A stretch of 64,000 nucleotides of DNA from an uncultured Candidatus Binatia bacterium (lineage in GTDB: Bacteria > Desulfobacterota > Binatia > Bin18), in the NCBI GenBank assembly GCA_965214605.1, contig OZ243961.1, positions 2,880,001 to 2,944,000 of the forward strand, read 5' to 3'. Positions 1-11,188 of the stretch are shown here, piece by piece. How positions within the stretch are numbered: the first letter of the stretch is position 1; every line of letters begins with the position of its first letter. A model generated the notes under the pieces. That model worked only from the letters and a program-made list of their open reading frames with translations, was not told where the DNA came from and searched no databases. Position numbers and translations under genes: made by a program.

Positions 1-20
1 GCCAGGATGATGCCTTTCAT
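1..20 (-). CDS. rfbA: 5' end of glucose-1-phosphate thymidylyltransferase (runs off window)
   Basis: Reverse strand reads ATG AAA GGC ATC ATC CTG GC = MKGIILA, the typical RfbA/RmlA N-terminus, with a GAGG RBS, directly downstream of rfbB. Confidence 0.8.
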
Positions 21-57
21 ACACATCCTTACCTCATAGGTCTGTCACACTGCTCAG

Positions 58-1176
58 TCACCTATCCTGGCCACGTTTGGCCGCGGTCTGCCCGGCTAGA
101 TCAATCCCTAAGCGTTGGCCCTGGTCTTTGCCCGCCAGCACGGTCTCGCACCACTCCCGATGTGAGAGATACCACTCGACCGTGTCTTGCAGGCCGCGGT
201 CAAAATCATAACGAGGGTGCCAGCCGAGCTCGGTCCGAATCTTGGTCGCGTCAATGGCGTAGCGGCGGTCATGGCCCGGCCGATCCGCGACAAAGGTTTT
301 CAGCGCCGCGTAGCTTGCAATCCCTTTTCGGCCTAAACTCGGGTTATGAGCGGCTGGAAAGACGGTCTCCATGCACGCACAGAGCCGGTCGACAACCTCC
401 AGATTGGTGCGTTCATTACCGCCGCCAATATTATAGCTCTCCCCTACCCTACCGCGCTGCAGGACAAGGAGCAGACCGGCGCAATGGTCTTCAACGTGGA
501 GCCAGTCTCGCGTATAGCCTCCGTCACCGTAAATCGGTAACAGCTTGCCCTGTAGGGCGTTGAGCACCATGAGCGGAATCAACTTTTCGGGGAATTGGTA
601 GGGGCCATAATTATTTGAGCAGTTGGTGATCAGGGTTGGCAGCGCGTAGGTTTCTCGATAGGCCCGCACCAGATGATCGGCCCCGGCCTTTGAGGCCGAA
701 TAGGGAGAATTTGGCGCATATGGAGTCGTTTCTGAAAAGAGGCCGGTTTGGCCCAAAGTTCCATACACTTCGTCGGTTGAGATGTGCACGAAACGGAAGG
801 CCGCCCGCTGCTCAGCCGACAGCCCCGTCCAGTAGTGACGTGCGGCCTCAAGCAGCGAGAAGGTACCGATAAGATTGGTCTCAATAAACGGCCACGGCCC
901 GTCGATTGAGCGGTCAACATGGGTTTCTGCGGCAAAATGAATAATGGCCTGGGGCTGGCTGTCAAGGACAAGGCCGGTCATGGCCGCTCGGTCGGCGATA
1001 TCGGCCCGAATAAACCGAAAGCGCGGCTGGTACCGCACCTCTGCTAGGTTGGCCAGGTTGCCCGCATAGCTCAGCTTATCCACAACGACGACCCGGACTT
1101 CGGTCTGAGCCAAGGCATAGCGGACAAAATTGCTCCCGATAAACCCTGCCCCGCCGGTTACCAGTATCGTCCCCAT
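58..1176 (-). CDS. rfbB: dTDP-glucose 4,6-dehydratase
   Basis: [46 protein letters not shown] and [10 protein letters not shown] motifs. ATG 1176 chosen; GTG 1185 possible. Confidence 0.95.
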   Translation of the reverse strand: MGTILVTGGAGFIGSNFVRYALAQTEVRVVVVDKLSYAGNLANLAEVRYQPRFRFIRADIADRAAMTGLVLDSQPQAIIHFAAETHVDRSIDGPWPFIETNLIGTFSLLEAARHYWTGLSAEQRAAFRFVHISTDEVYGTLGQTGLFSETTPYAPNSPYSASKAGADHLVRAYRETYALPTLITNCSNNYGPYQFPEKLIPLMVLNALQGKLLPIYGDGGYTRDWLHVEDHCAGLLLVLQRGRVGESYNIGGGNERTNLEVVDRLCACMETVFPAAHNPSLGRKGIASYAALKTFVADRPGHDRRYAIDATKIRTELGWHPRYDFDRGLQDTVEWYLSHREWCETVLAGKDQGQRLGIDLAGQTAAKRGQDR

Positions 1177-1356
1177 GCGCGCCACCCCTGTCTGTTCGTC
1201 GCAGCTCTAGCCGCCTCCGATCGCCACGGCTGACTATAGCACTGCCGGAGACCAACTGCGAATCAGGCCGCCTAGGGAGGCCGAAGTCAAGCTCATATGC
1301 TACACCCTAATAGATCTGACACATCAGGCGACACGGCACGATCAGGAGACAAGCCT

Positions 1357-2370
1357 ATGTCCATCTATATTTTAGCCGGAGATGTTGGTGGGACGAAGAC
1401 CGATCTTGCCCTCTACCACGCCGCGGATCAGGCTGCTGAGGAAGAGGGCAGGGCGATGACCTTGGTGCGCGAGGCCTCTTTTCCCAGTCTGCGCTATCCG
1501 GGCCTAGAGGAGGTCATTGATGTCTTCCTCGACCGCCAAGCACCTGTCAGAGCCGCAGCCTTTGGGATTGCCGGACCCGTCCTAGACGGAAAAGTCACCA
1601 CGACAAACCTGGCCTGGCAGGTCGAAGCGACCCGTCTCGCCCGACGCCTCAATGGTGCTCAGGTCCGGCTGATGAACGACCTTGAAGCCACGGCCCATGG
1701 TGCCCTCTCCCTCGCCCCGGAGGAGATACAGAGCCTCAACCCGGGCCTTGCGCGTCGCGGCCACCGTGCGATCATTGCCGCGGGTACGGGACTGGGCCAG
1801 GCCTTTCTGTTCTGGGACGGCCAGCAGTATCGGGCCGCAGCGACTGAGGGGGGTCATGTCGATTTTGCCCCTCGCAATACGCTTGAAGAACGCTTATTAG
1901 GCTATCTCCGGCGGCGCTATACGCGTGTCTCCTACGAACGGCTCGTGTCCGGTTCGGGTCTGGGCCAGATCTGTCGCTTTTTGGTCGAGGAGGAGGGCAG
2001 AGCCCTCACTGCTGGGGTGGCGAAACGGATACAGACTGCGGATCCGGCGGCGGTTATCGGCCAGGCTGGGGTAAGCGCCGAGTGTCCCACCTGCGAGGCC
2101 GCCGTTGAGATCTTTCTGAGCATCTACGGCGCTCAGGCTGGGAATTTGGCGCTTACCGTTATGAGTCTGGGTGGCGTGTATGTTGGGGGCGGAATTATCG
2201 TTAAGCTGTTACCCAAAGTCGGCCACGGCGCGTTTATGCGAGCGTTTGTGGACAAAGGACGCTTTGCCTCGCTGATGGAAGAAATCCCGGTGCGGATTTT
2301 GCTCAACCCCAAGACTTCTCAAATCGGTGCCGCCCAGGCTGCGCTCCGGCTCCTCAGCGGCTCAGCCTAA
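1357..2370 (+). CDS. glk: Glucokinase
   Basis: [29 protein letters not shown] and GGVYVGGGI motifs; AGGAG RBS before ATG 1357. Confidence 0.92.
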   Translation: MSIYILAGDVGGTKTDLALYHAADQAAEEEGRAMTLVREASFPSLRYPGLEEVIDVFLDRQAPVRAAAFGIAGPVLDGKVTTTNLAWQVEATRLARRLNGAQVRLMNDLEATAHGALSLAPEEIQSLNPGLARRGHRAIIAAGTGLGQAFLFWDGQQYRAAATEGGHVDFAPRNTLEERLLGYLRRRYTRVSYERLVSGSGLGQICRFLVEEEGRALTAGVAKRIQTADPAAVIGQAGVSAECPTCEAAVEIFLSIYGAQAGNLALTVMSLGGVYVGGGIIVKLLPKVGHGAFMRAFVDKGRFASLMEEIPVRILLNPKTSQIGAAQAALRLLSGSA

Positions 2371-4351
2371 GCCGGCCCACAATCGCTGCAAAAACCTCCT
2401 CTGCGCACTCCTCGACAGAGTGCTCTGTGGTCTGAATACGCAGCGCTGGATGGTCCGGCGGTTCATACGGCGAGGAAATGCCGGTAAACTCGTCAATCTC
2501 TCCGGCCCGGGCTTTGCCGTACAACCCTTTCACATCTCGTTGCTCACACACCTCGAGCGGCGTCTCGACATACACCTCAAAGAAACGCTCCGGCCCAATT
2601 GTCTTCTGAGCCCGGCGGCGGTCGTCGCGAAAGGGAGAAATAACCGGCACTAGCACGATCAACCCGGCCTGATTAAAGAGGCGTGCGACCTCTCCAATCC
2701 GACGGATATTCTCGGTTCGCGCGTCGGGTGAAAAGCCGAGATCTGTGTTCAGGCCAAAACGGAGAGTGTCGCCGTCTAGGCAAAACGCGTGGAAGCCCGC
2801 CTCGTGCAGACGCTTTTCCAATGCGTGGGCTATTGAGGACTTGCCCGAACCGGACAATCCTGTCAACCACACGGTAAGCGGGTGTTGAGCCAGGGCAGTC
2901 TCTCGATCGGCGCTTGATACCAGGCCTGTCTCAAGCCGAATATTGCGCTCCTGCTCCAAACGGCGGTTGGGATCTTTTGAGAGGCTGGGGTCTGGAAAAG
3001 GGTCTGTTGAGCCCTCTCCCAATGATTGGTCATCAATGCTCTCTTTTGGAACCCGGTCGATGACCATGCCCGCCCCGACCGTGTTATTGGTCAGGCGGTC
3101 GATAATGATAAAGGCACCGGTCGCCCGATTTTTGCGGTAGGGATCAAAGGCGACCCGTTTTTCGAGCTTCAGCACGCAGCGTCCGATTTCATTCAGCCGT
3201 AACTCGTCGGCCGCCTCTCGGTGCAGGGTATTGATATCCATGCGATAGCGGACCGCGCTGATAAGGCCGGGCGTCTTCAGCGTGGCGTGCTTAATCAGGT
3301 AGGGTTTGCCCGGCTGCATCGCCTCTTCGGTCATCCACACCACCATGGCCTCAAAGCTGCTTGCCTCCACCGGTCGGTTGTTCGGATGGACGAGGACATC
3401 ACCCCGGCTAATATCGAGTTCATCCTCAAGAGTAAGAGTCACGGCCAGCGGTGAGCAGGCTTCGTCAAGTTCTCCGTCGAAGGTGAGAATCGACTCGACC
3501 CGGCTCTTTTTCTGCGACGGGAGCACCATGATCTCGTCGCCCGGCCGCACAATCCCCCCCGCAATCGTACCACAATAGCCGCGGAAATCCGCATTCGGGC
3601 GGTTGACGTATTGGACCGGTAGTCGAAAGTCGATCAGATTCAGGTCTGAGGCAATATGCACGTGTTCTAGCAGATACATGAGGGTGGCACCCTGATACCA
3701 CGGCATGGCCTCGCTTTTGGTGACCACATTATCTCCCCGCAAGGCGGACAGGGGGATAAAGCGGACATCGTTCTGTTCCAGCCGGGTGGCAAAGGCCGAG
3801 TAGTCGGCGACAATGGCGTCAAATACCTCCTGCTTGTAGGCGACGAGGTCCATCTTATTGACCGCGACAATGACGTGCTTAATGCCCAACAGCGAGGTGA
3901 TAAAACTGTGGCGGCGGGTTTGGGTCAGCACGCCGCGGCGTGCATCAATCAGAATAATAGCCAAGTCGCAGGTCGAAGCCCCGGTGGCCATATTGCGCGT
4001 GTACTGCTCGTGGCCGGGCGTGTCGGCGATAATGAATTTCCGTCTGGCGGTTGAAAAATAGCGGTAGGCGACATCAATGGTGATGCCTTGTTCACGTTCG
4101 GCTTTGAGTCCGTCGGTCAATAGCGCGGGGTCAAATGCCGAGTCGGTCGTGCCATAGCGCTGCGAATCTTTTTTGATCGCGTCGAGTTGATCTTCATAGA
4201 TCAGCTTTGAATCGTATAGCAGTCGGCCGATCAGGGTACTCTTGCCGTCATCCACGCTTCCACAGGTCAAGAAACGCAGCATGTCTTTGCGTTCATGTTG
4301 GGCGAGATAGGCTTCGATATCGGTGGCGATCAGATCGGATTGATGCGACAT
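2354..4351 (-). CDS. cysNC: Bifunctional sulfate adenylyltransferase subunit 1 / APS kinase
   Basis: [16 protein letters not shown] and [12 protein letters not shown] GTPase domain, plus C-terminal [14 protein letters not shown] kinase domain. Confidence 0.96.
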   Translation of the reverse strand: MSHQSDLIATDIEAYLAQHERKDMLRFLTCGSVDDGKSTLIGRLLYDSKLIYEDQLDAIKKDSQRYGTTDSAFDPALLTDGLKAEREQGITIDVAYRYFSTARRKFIIADTPGHEQYTRNMATGASTCDLAIILIDARRGVLTQTRRHSFITSLLGIKHVIVAVNKMDLVAYKQEVFDAIVADYSAFATRLEQNDVRFIPLSALRGDNVVTKSEAMPWYQGATLMYLLEHVHIASDLNLIDFRLPVQYVNRPNADFRGYCGTIAGGIVRPGDEIMVLPSQKKSRVESILTFDGELDEACSPLAVTLTLEDELDISRGDVLVHPNNRPVEASSFEAMVVWMTEEAMQPGKPYLIKHATLKTPGLISAVRYRMDINTLHREAADELRLNEIGRCVLKLEKRVAFDPYRKNRATGAFIIIDRLTNNTVGAGMVIDRVPKESIDDQSLGEGSTDPFPDPSLSKDPNRRLEQERNIRLETGLVSSADRETALAQHPLTVWLTGLSGSGKSSIAHALEKRLHEAGFHAFCLDGDTLRFGLNTDLGFSPDARTENIRRIGEVARLFNQAGLIVLVPVISPFRDDRRRAQKTIGPERFFEVYVETPLEVCEQRDVKGLYGKARAGEIDEFTGISSPYEPPDHPALRIQTTEHSVEECAEEVFAAIVGRLRLSR

Positions 4352-4373
4352 GGGCGGCGGCTTCCGGCAAAGA

Positions 4374-5294
4374 CTAGAAATAGCCCTCTTTTTTCTTCTC
4401 TTCCATCGAACCCGTCTGGTCGAAGTCGATGACCCGACCCTGGCGCTCTGAGTGCTTGGTCAGCAGCATCTCTTGAATAATCAGCGGTAAAGTATCTGCC
4501 TGTGACTCCACTGCGCCGGTCAAGGGATAGCAGCCCAGGGTTCGGAAGCGGACCATCTTCATCTGGGGTTTTTCTCCCGGCCGCAGCGGCATCCGCTCAT
4601 CGTCAACCATGATCCAGACCCCATCCCGGTCGACAACCGGCCGCTCCTTGGCATAGTACAGCGGGACGATCGGGATCTGCTCGAGGTAGACGTACTGCCA
4701 CACGTCAAGCTCGGTCCAGTTTGACAGCGGAAACACCCGGATGCTTTCGCCCTTGTCAATGGTGGCGTTATAGATGTTCCACAACTCGGGACGCTGATTT
4801 TTGGGGTCCCAGCGGTGATTGCGGTCCCGAAACGAATACACCCGCTCTTTGGCTCGCGACTTTTCTTCATCTCGTCGGGCACCGCCAAAGGCCGCGTCAA
4901 AACGGTAGCGATCAAGCGCCTGTTTGAGGGCCTCAGTCTTCATAATATCGGTGTGTTTTTTCGAGCCGTGGGTGAACGGATTGATCCCGGCTCGGCGCCC
5001 CTCTTCGTTGATGTATACGATGAGATCTAAGCCCAATTCTTGTCGGACATAGGAGTCGCGAAAGGCGATCATGTCGCGAAACTTCCAGGTTGTATCAACG
5101 TGGAGGAGTGGAAACGGAGGGATTCCTGGATAAAAGGCTTTGCGCGCTAAGTGGAGCATGACGGCCGAATCCTTGCCGATGGAATACAACATGACCGGAT
5201 TTTCAAATTCGGCGACAACTTCCCGAATAATATGGATACTTTCCGCCTCAAGACTCCGTAAATGGGTCAGGGCCTGCGCGTCGTCTGTTTTCAT
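4374..5294 (-). CDS. cysD: Sulfate adenylyltransferase subunit 2
   Basis: [37 protein letters not shown] and C-terminal KKEGYF. Confidence 0.97.
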   Translation of the reverse strand: MKTDDAQALTHLRSLEAESIHIIREVVAEFENPVMLYSIGKDSAVMLHLARKAFYPGIPPFPLLHVDTTWKFRDMIAFRDSYVRQELGLDLIVYINEEGRRAGINPFTHGSKKHTDIMKTEALKQALDRYRFDAAFGGARRDEEKSRAKERVYSFRDRNHRWDPKNQRPELWNIYNATIDKGESIRVFPLSNWTELDVWQYVYLEQIPIVPLYYAKERPVVDRDGVWIMVDDERMPLRPGEKPQMKMVRFRTLGCYPLTGAVESQADTLPLIIQEMLLTKHSERQGRVIDFDQTGSMEEKKKEGYF

Positions 5295-5348
5295 CGCGTG
5301 TATTGTGGAGGAAGACAGGCGATAAGCCAGCCCCGACCAGAGAAAAGA

Positions 5349-6050
5349 TTATCGTTCATCCGTCCCTCGCCCTTGACCGCACACCGTGCAGTCGGGATCC
5401 TTGGCGACCGGCCAGTCGCTGAATCGGAACTGGGGAAACTGACACTCAAAGACCCGGCTGGATGAAGAGGGGCTGAGCCCGACCAGCCATTTGAGGGCTT
5501 CGGTGGCCTGAAATGCTCCCCAAAACAGATCGGCCAGCCGCTCAAACGCTGCTCCCTCCGGTATCCCTCTCCTGTGCTCAGCCGGCAGACACGCCCAGCA
5601 GGCCGCGTCCGGACCGCTCCGGCCCACGAACAAGCGTCGGTGCGAGGTCTGAGCCCAGCTGCAGCACAAGGGGTGGCCGACACTGCCGCAGGAGTCGACG
5701 AGCAGATCGGGCTCGGAGACCACCAGGTCATAGGCAGCGAGCAGTGGCAGTGCCGCCCCGCCTGCGTCATGCCGCACGACGCGACAGTCCGGATTCAAAC
5801 GCTCAAGCGTGGCTACGACCGGGTCATCCGGCTCATCGCTCGCAAAGGCCGAAAATATCGCCGGCCGCCCGCGGCTGCGCAGCCCAATGGTGCCGACTCC
5901 GGCAGCGGCCAGGTACAGCAGGGTCGTTGTCTGGGGGGCGCCGCCGTTGACGAGCACCCTGGCCCGCAGCAGTGTCTCTTGGCCTTTGCCGCCCAGCTGG
6001 GGGAGAATGATTTGGCGGCTATAGCGTTCGATTTGGGCCTCAGACAGCAT
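5349..6050 (-). CDS. Degenerate ThiF/MoeB-family (E1-like) protein, predicted inactive adenylation subunit
   Basis: Has N-terminal IERYSRQIILPQLGGKGQETL, YLAAAGVGTIG, QATEALK and two CxxC (CWAC, CTVC). Lacks GxGGLG, DxDxVxxSNLxRQ and the post-CxxC Cys. GTG 6092 is an alternative start. Confidence 0.8.
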   Translation of the reverse strand: MLSEAQIERYSRQIILPQLGGKGQETLLRARVLVNGGAPQTTTLLYLAAAGVGTIGLRSRGRPAIFSAFASDEPDDPVVATLERLNPDCRVVRHDAGGAALPLLAAYDLVVSEPDLLVDSCGSVGHPLCCSWAQTSHRRLFVGRSGPDAACWACLPAEHRRGIPEGAAFERLADLFWGAFQATEALKWLVGLSPSSSSRVFECQFPQFRFSDWPVAKDPDCTVCGQGRGTDER

Positions 6051-6121
6051 GAGAACAGGGTGGTCGAGCCGGGAGGGGGTCTTTAGAATCACATCGGAGT
6101 TCGTGAGACCGGCGACCTGTC

Positions 6122-6397
6122 TTATCCTCCGGCGATTGCCGGGACGATAGAAACCTCGTCACCATCTTTGAGGGCCGTGTCAAGATTGTCTGAAAAACGG
6201 ATATCGTCGCCGTTCACGAAGATATTGACAAAGCGGCGAACATTCCCCTGGTCGTCGCAAATCCGCTCTTTGATCCCCGGGTGGTTCTGTTCGATATTGT
6301 TAACCACAGCAGAGATCGTATTGCCTTCTGCCCTGACTTCTTGGGCACCGCCGGTGAAACGACGAAGGGGGGTTGGTATCCGTACCTGGACACTCAT
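6122..6397 (-). CDS. MoaD/ThiS-family ubiquitin-like sulfur carrier protein
   Basis: VRIPTPLRRFTGG...FVNIFVNGDDIRF...SIVPAIAGG with free C-terminal GG; GAGGAGG RBS before ATG 6397. Confidence 0.93.
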   Translation of the reverse strand: MSVQVRIPTPLRRFTGGAQEVRAEGNTISAVVNNIEQNHPGIKERICDDQGNVRRFVNIFVNGDDIRFSDNLDTALKDGDEVSIVPAIAGG

Positions 6398-6455
6398 ACC
6401 TGACACCTCCTCATAACTCATACAAGATTTTTCTAACTGTGACGGTTTTCTATGG

Positions 6456-7739
6456 CTAATGCAATTCCGTCGCTCGAACTTTTTCCAGCGGCCTGACCGG
6501 CCCGTCTCGGGTCGCCCGATATAGTGCGTCGAACTCAGCTAGGCGGGCATCTATGGTCTGTGGTTCGGTCAACTGTCCAGCGACGGCTTCGATCGTCTTA
6601 TAGCCGTTGCCGGTAATACAGATCACAATCGACTCGTCGCACGGAATACGTCCCTGCTCAATCAGCTTTTTGGTTACCGCCACAGTCGTGCCGCCGGCCG
6701 GCTCGGTAAAAATCCCCTCTGTGCGGGCCAACAGCTGAATCCCGGCCACGATTTCTTCGTCCGTCGCTGCTTCACCCCAGCCGCCCGACTCGCGGACCGC
6801 CTGCAGCACGTAGTAGCCGTCGGCCGGGTTGCCAATGGCGATCGACTTGGCGATCGTGCGCGGTTTGACCGGATCGATCAAGTCTGTGCCTTTGTGCAGC
6901 GCGCTCACAACCGGCGCACACCCGGCGGCCTGGGCGGTATAGATCTTGGGCAGCTGCCCACCCTCGACTAGGCCGACTGTTTGGAGTTCCTCGAACGCCT
7001 TGGCCACCTTGGGCAAAATCGTGCCGCCCGCGGTTGGTACAACAACGTGCTGGGGGAGGCGCCAGCCGAGCTGCTCCGCAATTTCAAAACCGTAGGTTTT
7101 GGCGCCTTCGGTATAATACGGCCGAATGTTGATATTCACAAACGCCCAGCCGTATGCATCGGCAATCTCACTACACAGCCGGTTCACGTCGTCGTAGTTG
7201 CCACGGATGGCAATCGCCTGCGGACCATAGATTGTTGAGCCCACCACCTTGCCCTGCTCCAGGTCGGCCGGAATAAAAATACAGCAGCGGAGCCCGGCCC
7301 GAGCCGCGTGGGCGGAGACCGAGTTGGCCAGATTGCCGGTCGAGGCACAGGACACCGTCTCAAAGCCAAACTCCAGGGCTTTTGACATCGCGACTGAGAC
7401 GACCCGGTCTTTGTATGAAAACGTTGGATGATTGACCGAGTCGTCTTTGACATACAGTTCATTGAGCCCGAGTGCAGCGGCGAGCCGGTCGGCTTTGACC
7501 AGCGGGGTAAAGCCGCTGTGGAGGCCGATTGTCGGCGGTCGGCTAAGAGGCAGGAGCTCTTGATAACGCCACAGAGAAGCCGGCCGCGCGGCAACGGTCC
7601 GGTGAGACATCGTGCGGCGGATGAGAGCATAGTCATACTCGACTTCGAGCGGCCCAAAACACATTTCACACACATGGACGGGAGTGACGGGGTAGTCCTG
7701 TCCGCACTCACGACAGCGTAAACCGGTAACAGTGTTCAT
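6456..7739 (-). CDS. thrC: Threonine synthase-like PLP enzyme (possibly a sulfur-carrier-dependent homocysteine synthase)
   Basis: N-terminal CRECG...CEMC, PLP lysine motif HPTFSYKDR, CASTGNLA, EGAKT, EGIFTEPAGG and ITGNGYKT; adjacent to moaD and moeB-like genes. Confidence 0.85.
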   Translation of the reverse strand: MNTVTGLRCRECGQDYPVTPVHVCEMCFGPLEVEYDYALIRRTMSHRTVAARPASLWRYQELLPLSRPPTIGLHSGFTPLVKADRLAAALGLNELYVKDDSVNHPTFSYKDRVVSVAMSKALEFGFETVSCASTGNLANSVSAHAARAGLRCCIFIPADLEQGKVVGSTIYGPQAIAIRGNYDDVNRLCSEIADAYGWAFVNINIRPYYTEGAKTYGFEIAEQLGWRLPQHVVVPTAGGTILPKVAKAFEELQTVGLVEGGQLPKIYTAQAAGCAPVVSALHKGTDLIDPVKPRTIAKSIAIGNPADGYYVLQAVRESGGWGEAATDEEIVAGIQLLARTEGIFTEPAGGTTVAVTKKLIEQGRIPCDESIVICITGNGYKTIEAVAGQLTEPQTIDARLAEFDALYRATRDGPVRPLEKVRATELH

Positions 7740-7782
7740 ACGTATCCTTCAGGGAGAAACGCTCCGGTCGGTGTATCTCTCC

Positions 7783-8541
7783 TCAATGAGTCTGACACAG
7801 CCCGGCTTCTTCGTAACGTTCGGGCTGGAGGCTGGTGATGGTGGGCAGGGGGCCGCACAGCGGACAGCGTGGGTTGGGGTTGAGGCGGACCTCGCGCCAA
7901 CGCGGAAGCTGGGCATCATAGGTCAGCAGACGATTGGTTAACAGCTCTGGGCTGCCGTTCAAATATTTGACCGCCTCAGTGGCTTGGATGAGACCGAGGC
8001 TGCCGGCGACGCTGCCCAGAACGCCAGCCTCCTGACAGCTCGGAATCTCATCCGGAGAGGGCGCAACCGGAAATAAACACCGCAGGCAGGTGCTTTTTCC
8101 CGGCAGGACGGTGAGGGTTTGGCCCTGAAACTGGACAATTCCGGCGTATGAAAACGGTTTGCCGAGCAAGACTGCGGCGTCATTGATCAGAAATTTTGTG
8201 GTGGTTCCGTCGGTCGCGTCGATCACAAAGTCATAGTCTTGGAAGACGGCGCTCATATTGTTCAGCGTGAGCTGCTCTGGGTAGGTCCTGAGTCGACCGG
8301 TCGGCCGCAGACGGGAGAGCTTCTCGCGGGCAGATTCTACTTTGGGGTGGTGCAGATCGGGTGTGAAATGCAGGATCTGACGTTGTAAATTGGACACATC
8401 GACCACGTCTGGATCAATCAGGCCGATCCTGCCGACCCCAGCCAGAGCCAAGGCGAGGGCCGCCGGACAGCCCAGGCCCCCGACACCGACAACAAGCACC
8501 GACCCACCATCTTTTAGAACGGTATCCATTCCGGCATCCAT
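7783..8541 (-). CDS. moeB: ThiF/MoeB-family adenylyltransferase (E1-like) lacking the N-terminal RYSRQ segment
   Basis: VLVVGVGGLG, DPDVVDVSNLQRQILH, DFVIDATD, CLRCLF, PSCQEAGVLG and CPLCG. Start overlaps the bamD 3' end. Confidence 0.9.
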   Translation of the reverse strand: MDAGMDTVLKDGGSVLVVGVGGLGCPAALALALAGVGRIGLIDPDVVDVSNLQRQILHFTPDLHHPKVESAREKLSRLRPTGRLRTYPEQLTLNNMSAVFQDYDFVIDATDGTTTKFLINDAAVLLGKPFSYAGIVQFQGQTLTVLPGKSTCLRCLFPVAPSPDEIPSCQEAGVLGSVAGSLGLIQATEAVKYLNGSPELLTNRLLTYDAQLPRWREVRLNPNPRCPLCGPLPTITSLQPERYEEAGLCQTH

Positions 8542-9647
8542 TCCCGCATTTTTAACATCGGATCTTGTTCTTCTTCGAAGTCTTCTTCCTCCTCTTCGAT
8601 CGGTCCACTCGCCCAGGGTAAGAAGCGGCGTATGCCCCGCACCGATTGTTCTTCCTCAAGCCCGGCCAAGCGGCGTTCTTCGGCCTCTTTTCTATATTTT
8701 TCGCGGGCTTCTTCAATCAGTCTGAGTTCTTCGCGGCGGTCTTCCAACGCTTGCGCCCGAATGTTGGCCTCCTCCTTTCGCAACGCGGTGACCAGCAGCA
8801 AAAGCGGATCAAGACTAGGCTCGGGTAGCCCGGCCAAGTCCCCGTTGGCCACGTCGGTGGACGGGCCAGCTTCTTGTCCGTCTTCGAGCGAAGCGACTTC
8901 TTCGGCCAGAGCGCCAATTTGTTCCAACTGTTTGATTTGTTCGGCAGAGGGGAGGGTGGTGGCCCGAAAGTCATGGGCTTTGGCCGCCAGAGTGGCTAAC
9001 TCTGGTGCCTGGTCCAGGGTCAGGACTTCTTCGAGTCTGGCTAGGGCCTCCGTGCTGGCCTCGGTTTCGGGATACTGCTCGACAAGCGACCGCAGACGGA
9101 CTCTGGCCGCAAACAAATGACCGATCCTCTGATACTGATTGCTAATGCCGAGGATACTCGACGCCAGCACTTCGCGGCACTCCCGACTCTTTTCCTCGGC
9201 CAGGGCGCTGAAGCTGCTGTCGGAGTAGCGCTCAAGGACAATCCGGAAATGTTTGTAAGCGTTTTGGGTAACGGCCTGGTCTCGGTCCGGCGAGCGCATC
9301 TGTTCGAGATATGACATGCCCCGATAGTACTCGACAAACGGCAAGTGGGGGCTCGTTGGATAGCCGCGCTCAAAGTCGTTAAACGCGGCTATCCCGTCGC
9401 TATACTCGCCATCGAGATAATACGAGTAGGCGATTTTGAGTTGGGATTCCTCCGCATAGGGATTGAGGGGGTAGTGGTCGAGCAAATCACGGAAGTTCTC
9501 GGTTGCAATATTATAGTCCCCATCCACGTAGGCTTTTTCCGCTATATCGAAATACTCCTGAGCCGACGGGCGTTTGACCACCGACGTGCAGCCGGCAAGG
9601 CAGACAAGAACAAGCACCCATACCGACAACCCGCTGTCTCTCCACAT
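8514..9647 (-). CDS. bamD: Outer membrane protein assembly factor BamD with extended acidic C-terminus
   Basis: Lipobox LAGC, TPR helices, YPLNPYAEESQLKIAYSYY and DRDQAVTQNA motifs. Confidence 0.85.
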   Translation of the reverse strand: MWRDSGLSVWVLVLVCLAGCTSVVKRPSAQEYFDIAEKAYVDGDYNIATENFRDLLDHYPLNPYAEESQLKIAYSYYLDGEYSDGIAAFNDFERGYPTSPHLPFVEYYRGMSYLEQMRSPDRDQAVTQNAYKHFRIVLERYSDSSFSALAEEKSRECREVLASSILGISNQYQRIGHLFAARVRLRSLVEQYPETEASTEALARLEEVLTLDQAPELATLAAKAHDFRATTLPSAEQIKQLEQIGALAEEVASLEDGQEAGPSTDVANGDLAGLPEPSLDPLLLLVTALRKEEANIRAQALEDRREELRLIEEAREKYRKEAEERRLAGLEEEQSVRGIRRFLPWASGPIEEEEEDFEEEQDPMLKMREWMPEWIPF

Positions 9648-9811
9648 GACCCTCTCACGTTAGAGGATTTTCTCGGAGCTTGTCAACGTACCTGAGCGAT
9701 GCGGGCAGGCTCAGACCGGGGCCGACAGAGCTCGGCGGAGTTGACAGCCCGGAAATAGACACTCTAAGATACCCGAAATCCTTGTGTGTACGGATAAAGG
9801 CAGGGACCGCT

Positions 9812-11062
9812 ATGAAAGACGAACGCCGTCGCGTCGTAATTACTGGGTTGGGTTTGGTCACGCCGCTCGGTACGGGGGTTGAGAAAAACTGGACTAGGCT
9901 GGTCGAAGGTCGCTCCGGTATCGGTCCGATCACCCGCTTCGACGTATCGGACTTTCCCACCCGGATTGGTGGCGAGGTCAAAGATTTTGTGCCCGAGGAG
10001 TTCATTGAGAAACGAGAGATCAAAAAAATGGACCCCTTCATCCAGTACGCCTATGCCTCAGCCCAAATGGCAATGGATGAAGCCGGCCTGCCGATCACAC
10101 CGGACAATGAGGACTTAGTGGGGGTGATCCTCGGTGTCGGGATCGGGGGCCTGACCAGCATTGAAACCTACCATAAAATTTTCCTCGATACCGGCCTCAA
10201 AAAGGTCTCGCCGTTTTTTATTCCCAAACTGATCGCAAACTTGGCCCCCGGTCAGATCGCCATTCGCTATGGCGCTAAGGGCATCAATTACACTCCGACG
10301 AGCGCCTGCTCCTCCGGAGCGCACGCTATTGGCGAGGCGTTTCGTTTGATTCGCTTCGGCGAACAGCAGGCCGTGATTGCCGGTGGTGCAGAAGCCGCGC
10401 TCACCCCCCTAGGGCTCGGCGGCTTTATCGCCATGAAGGCGGTCTCGACCCAAAACGACGAGCCCCAAAAAGCCAGCCGCCCGTTTGATAAACGTCGGGA
10501 TGGCTTTGTGATGGCCGAAGGAGCCGGTATGGTGGTGATGGAAGAGCTGGAATCTGCGCGTCGTCGCGGGGCGAAGATCTACGCCGAGGTGGTCGGGTAT
10601 GGCGCGAACTGCGACGCTCACCATATGACCGCCCCCTCCCCTGAAGGAGAAGGGGCGGTCCGCTGTATGCGGCAGGCGCTGCGCAGCGGCAATATTCACC
10701 CGACCGAGATCGACTACATCAACGCCCACGGAACCTCGACGCCGTACAACGACGCAACTGAGACCCAGGCCATCAAACGGGTGTTTGGTGAGCATGCCGG
10801 ACGGCTGGCAATCAGTTCAACCAAATCCATGACCGGTCATCTGCTCGGTGCCGCCGGAGGAGTTGAGGCGATCTATACCGCTCTGGTCCTTGATCGTGAC
10901 ACCCTGCCACCGACCATTAACTATGAAGAACCTGATCCAGACTGTGACCTCGACTACGTCCCCAACACTCCGAGAAAAGCGCCGATTCGGGCGGTTCTCT
11001 CAAATTCATTTGGCTTCGGCGGTACCAATGTGAGCATCGCGTTTCGCAAATGGACGGAGTAA
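9812..11062 (+). CDS. fabF: Beta-ketoacyl-ACP synthase II
   Basis: [45 protein letters not shown] and [10 protein letters not shown]. Confidence 0.96.
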   Translation: MKDERRRVVITGLGLVTPLGTGVEKNWTRLVEGRSGIGPITRFDVSDFPTRIGGEVKDFVPEEFIEKREIKKMDPFIQYAYASAQMAMDEAGLPITPDNEDLVGVILGVGIGGLTSIETYHKIFLDTGLKKVSPFFIPKLIANLAPGQIAIRYGAKGINYTPTSACSSGAHAIGEAFRLIRFGEQQAVIAGGAEAALTPLGLGGFIAMKAVSTQNDEPQKASRPFDKRRDGFVMAEGAGMVVMEELESARRRGAKIYAEVVGYGANCDAHHMTAPSPEGEGAVRCMRQALRSGNIHPTEIDYINAHGTSTPYNDATETQAIKRVFGEHAGRLAISSTKSMTGHLLGAAGGVEAIYTALVLDRDTLPPTINYEEPDPDCDLDYVPNTPRKAPIRAVLSNSFGFGGTNVSIAFRKWTE

Positions 11063-11188
11063 GACAACGTGGGATTGACGAAGCTGTCGAACTCGAGGTG
11101 GACGATGATCTCTTCTTGACAAGATGGTCATCATCGTTCCCCTTTCCGGCCTCATTGCCTCGGGCCAGGAGAGAGAAAGGGATTACGC

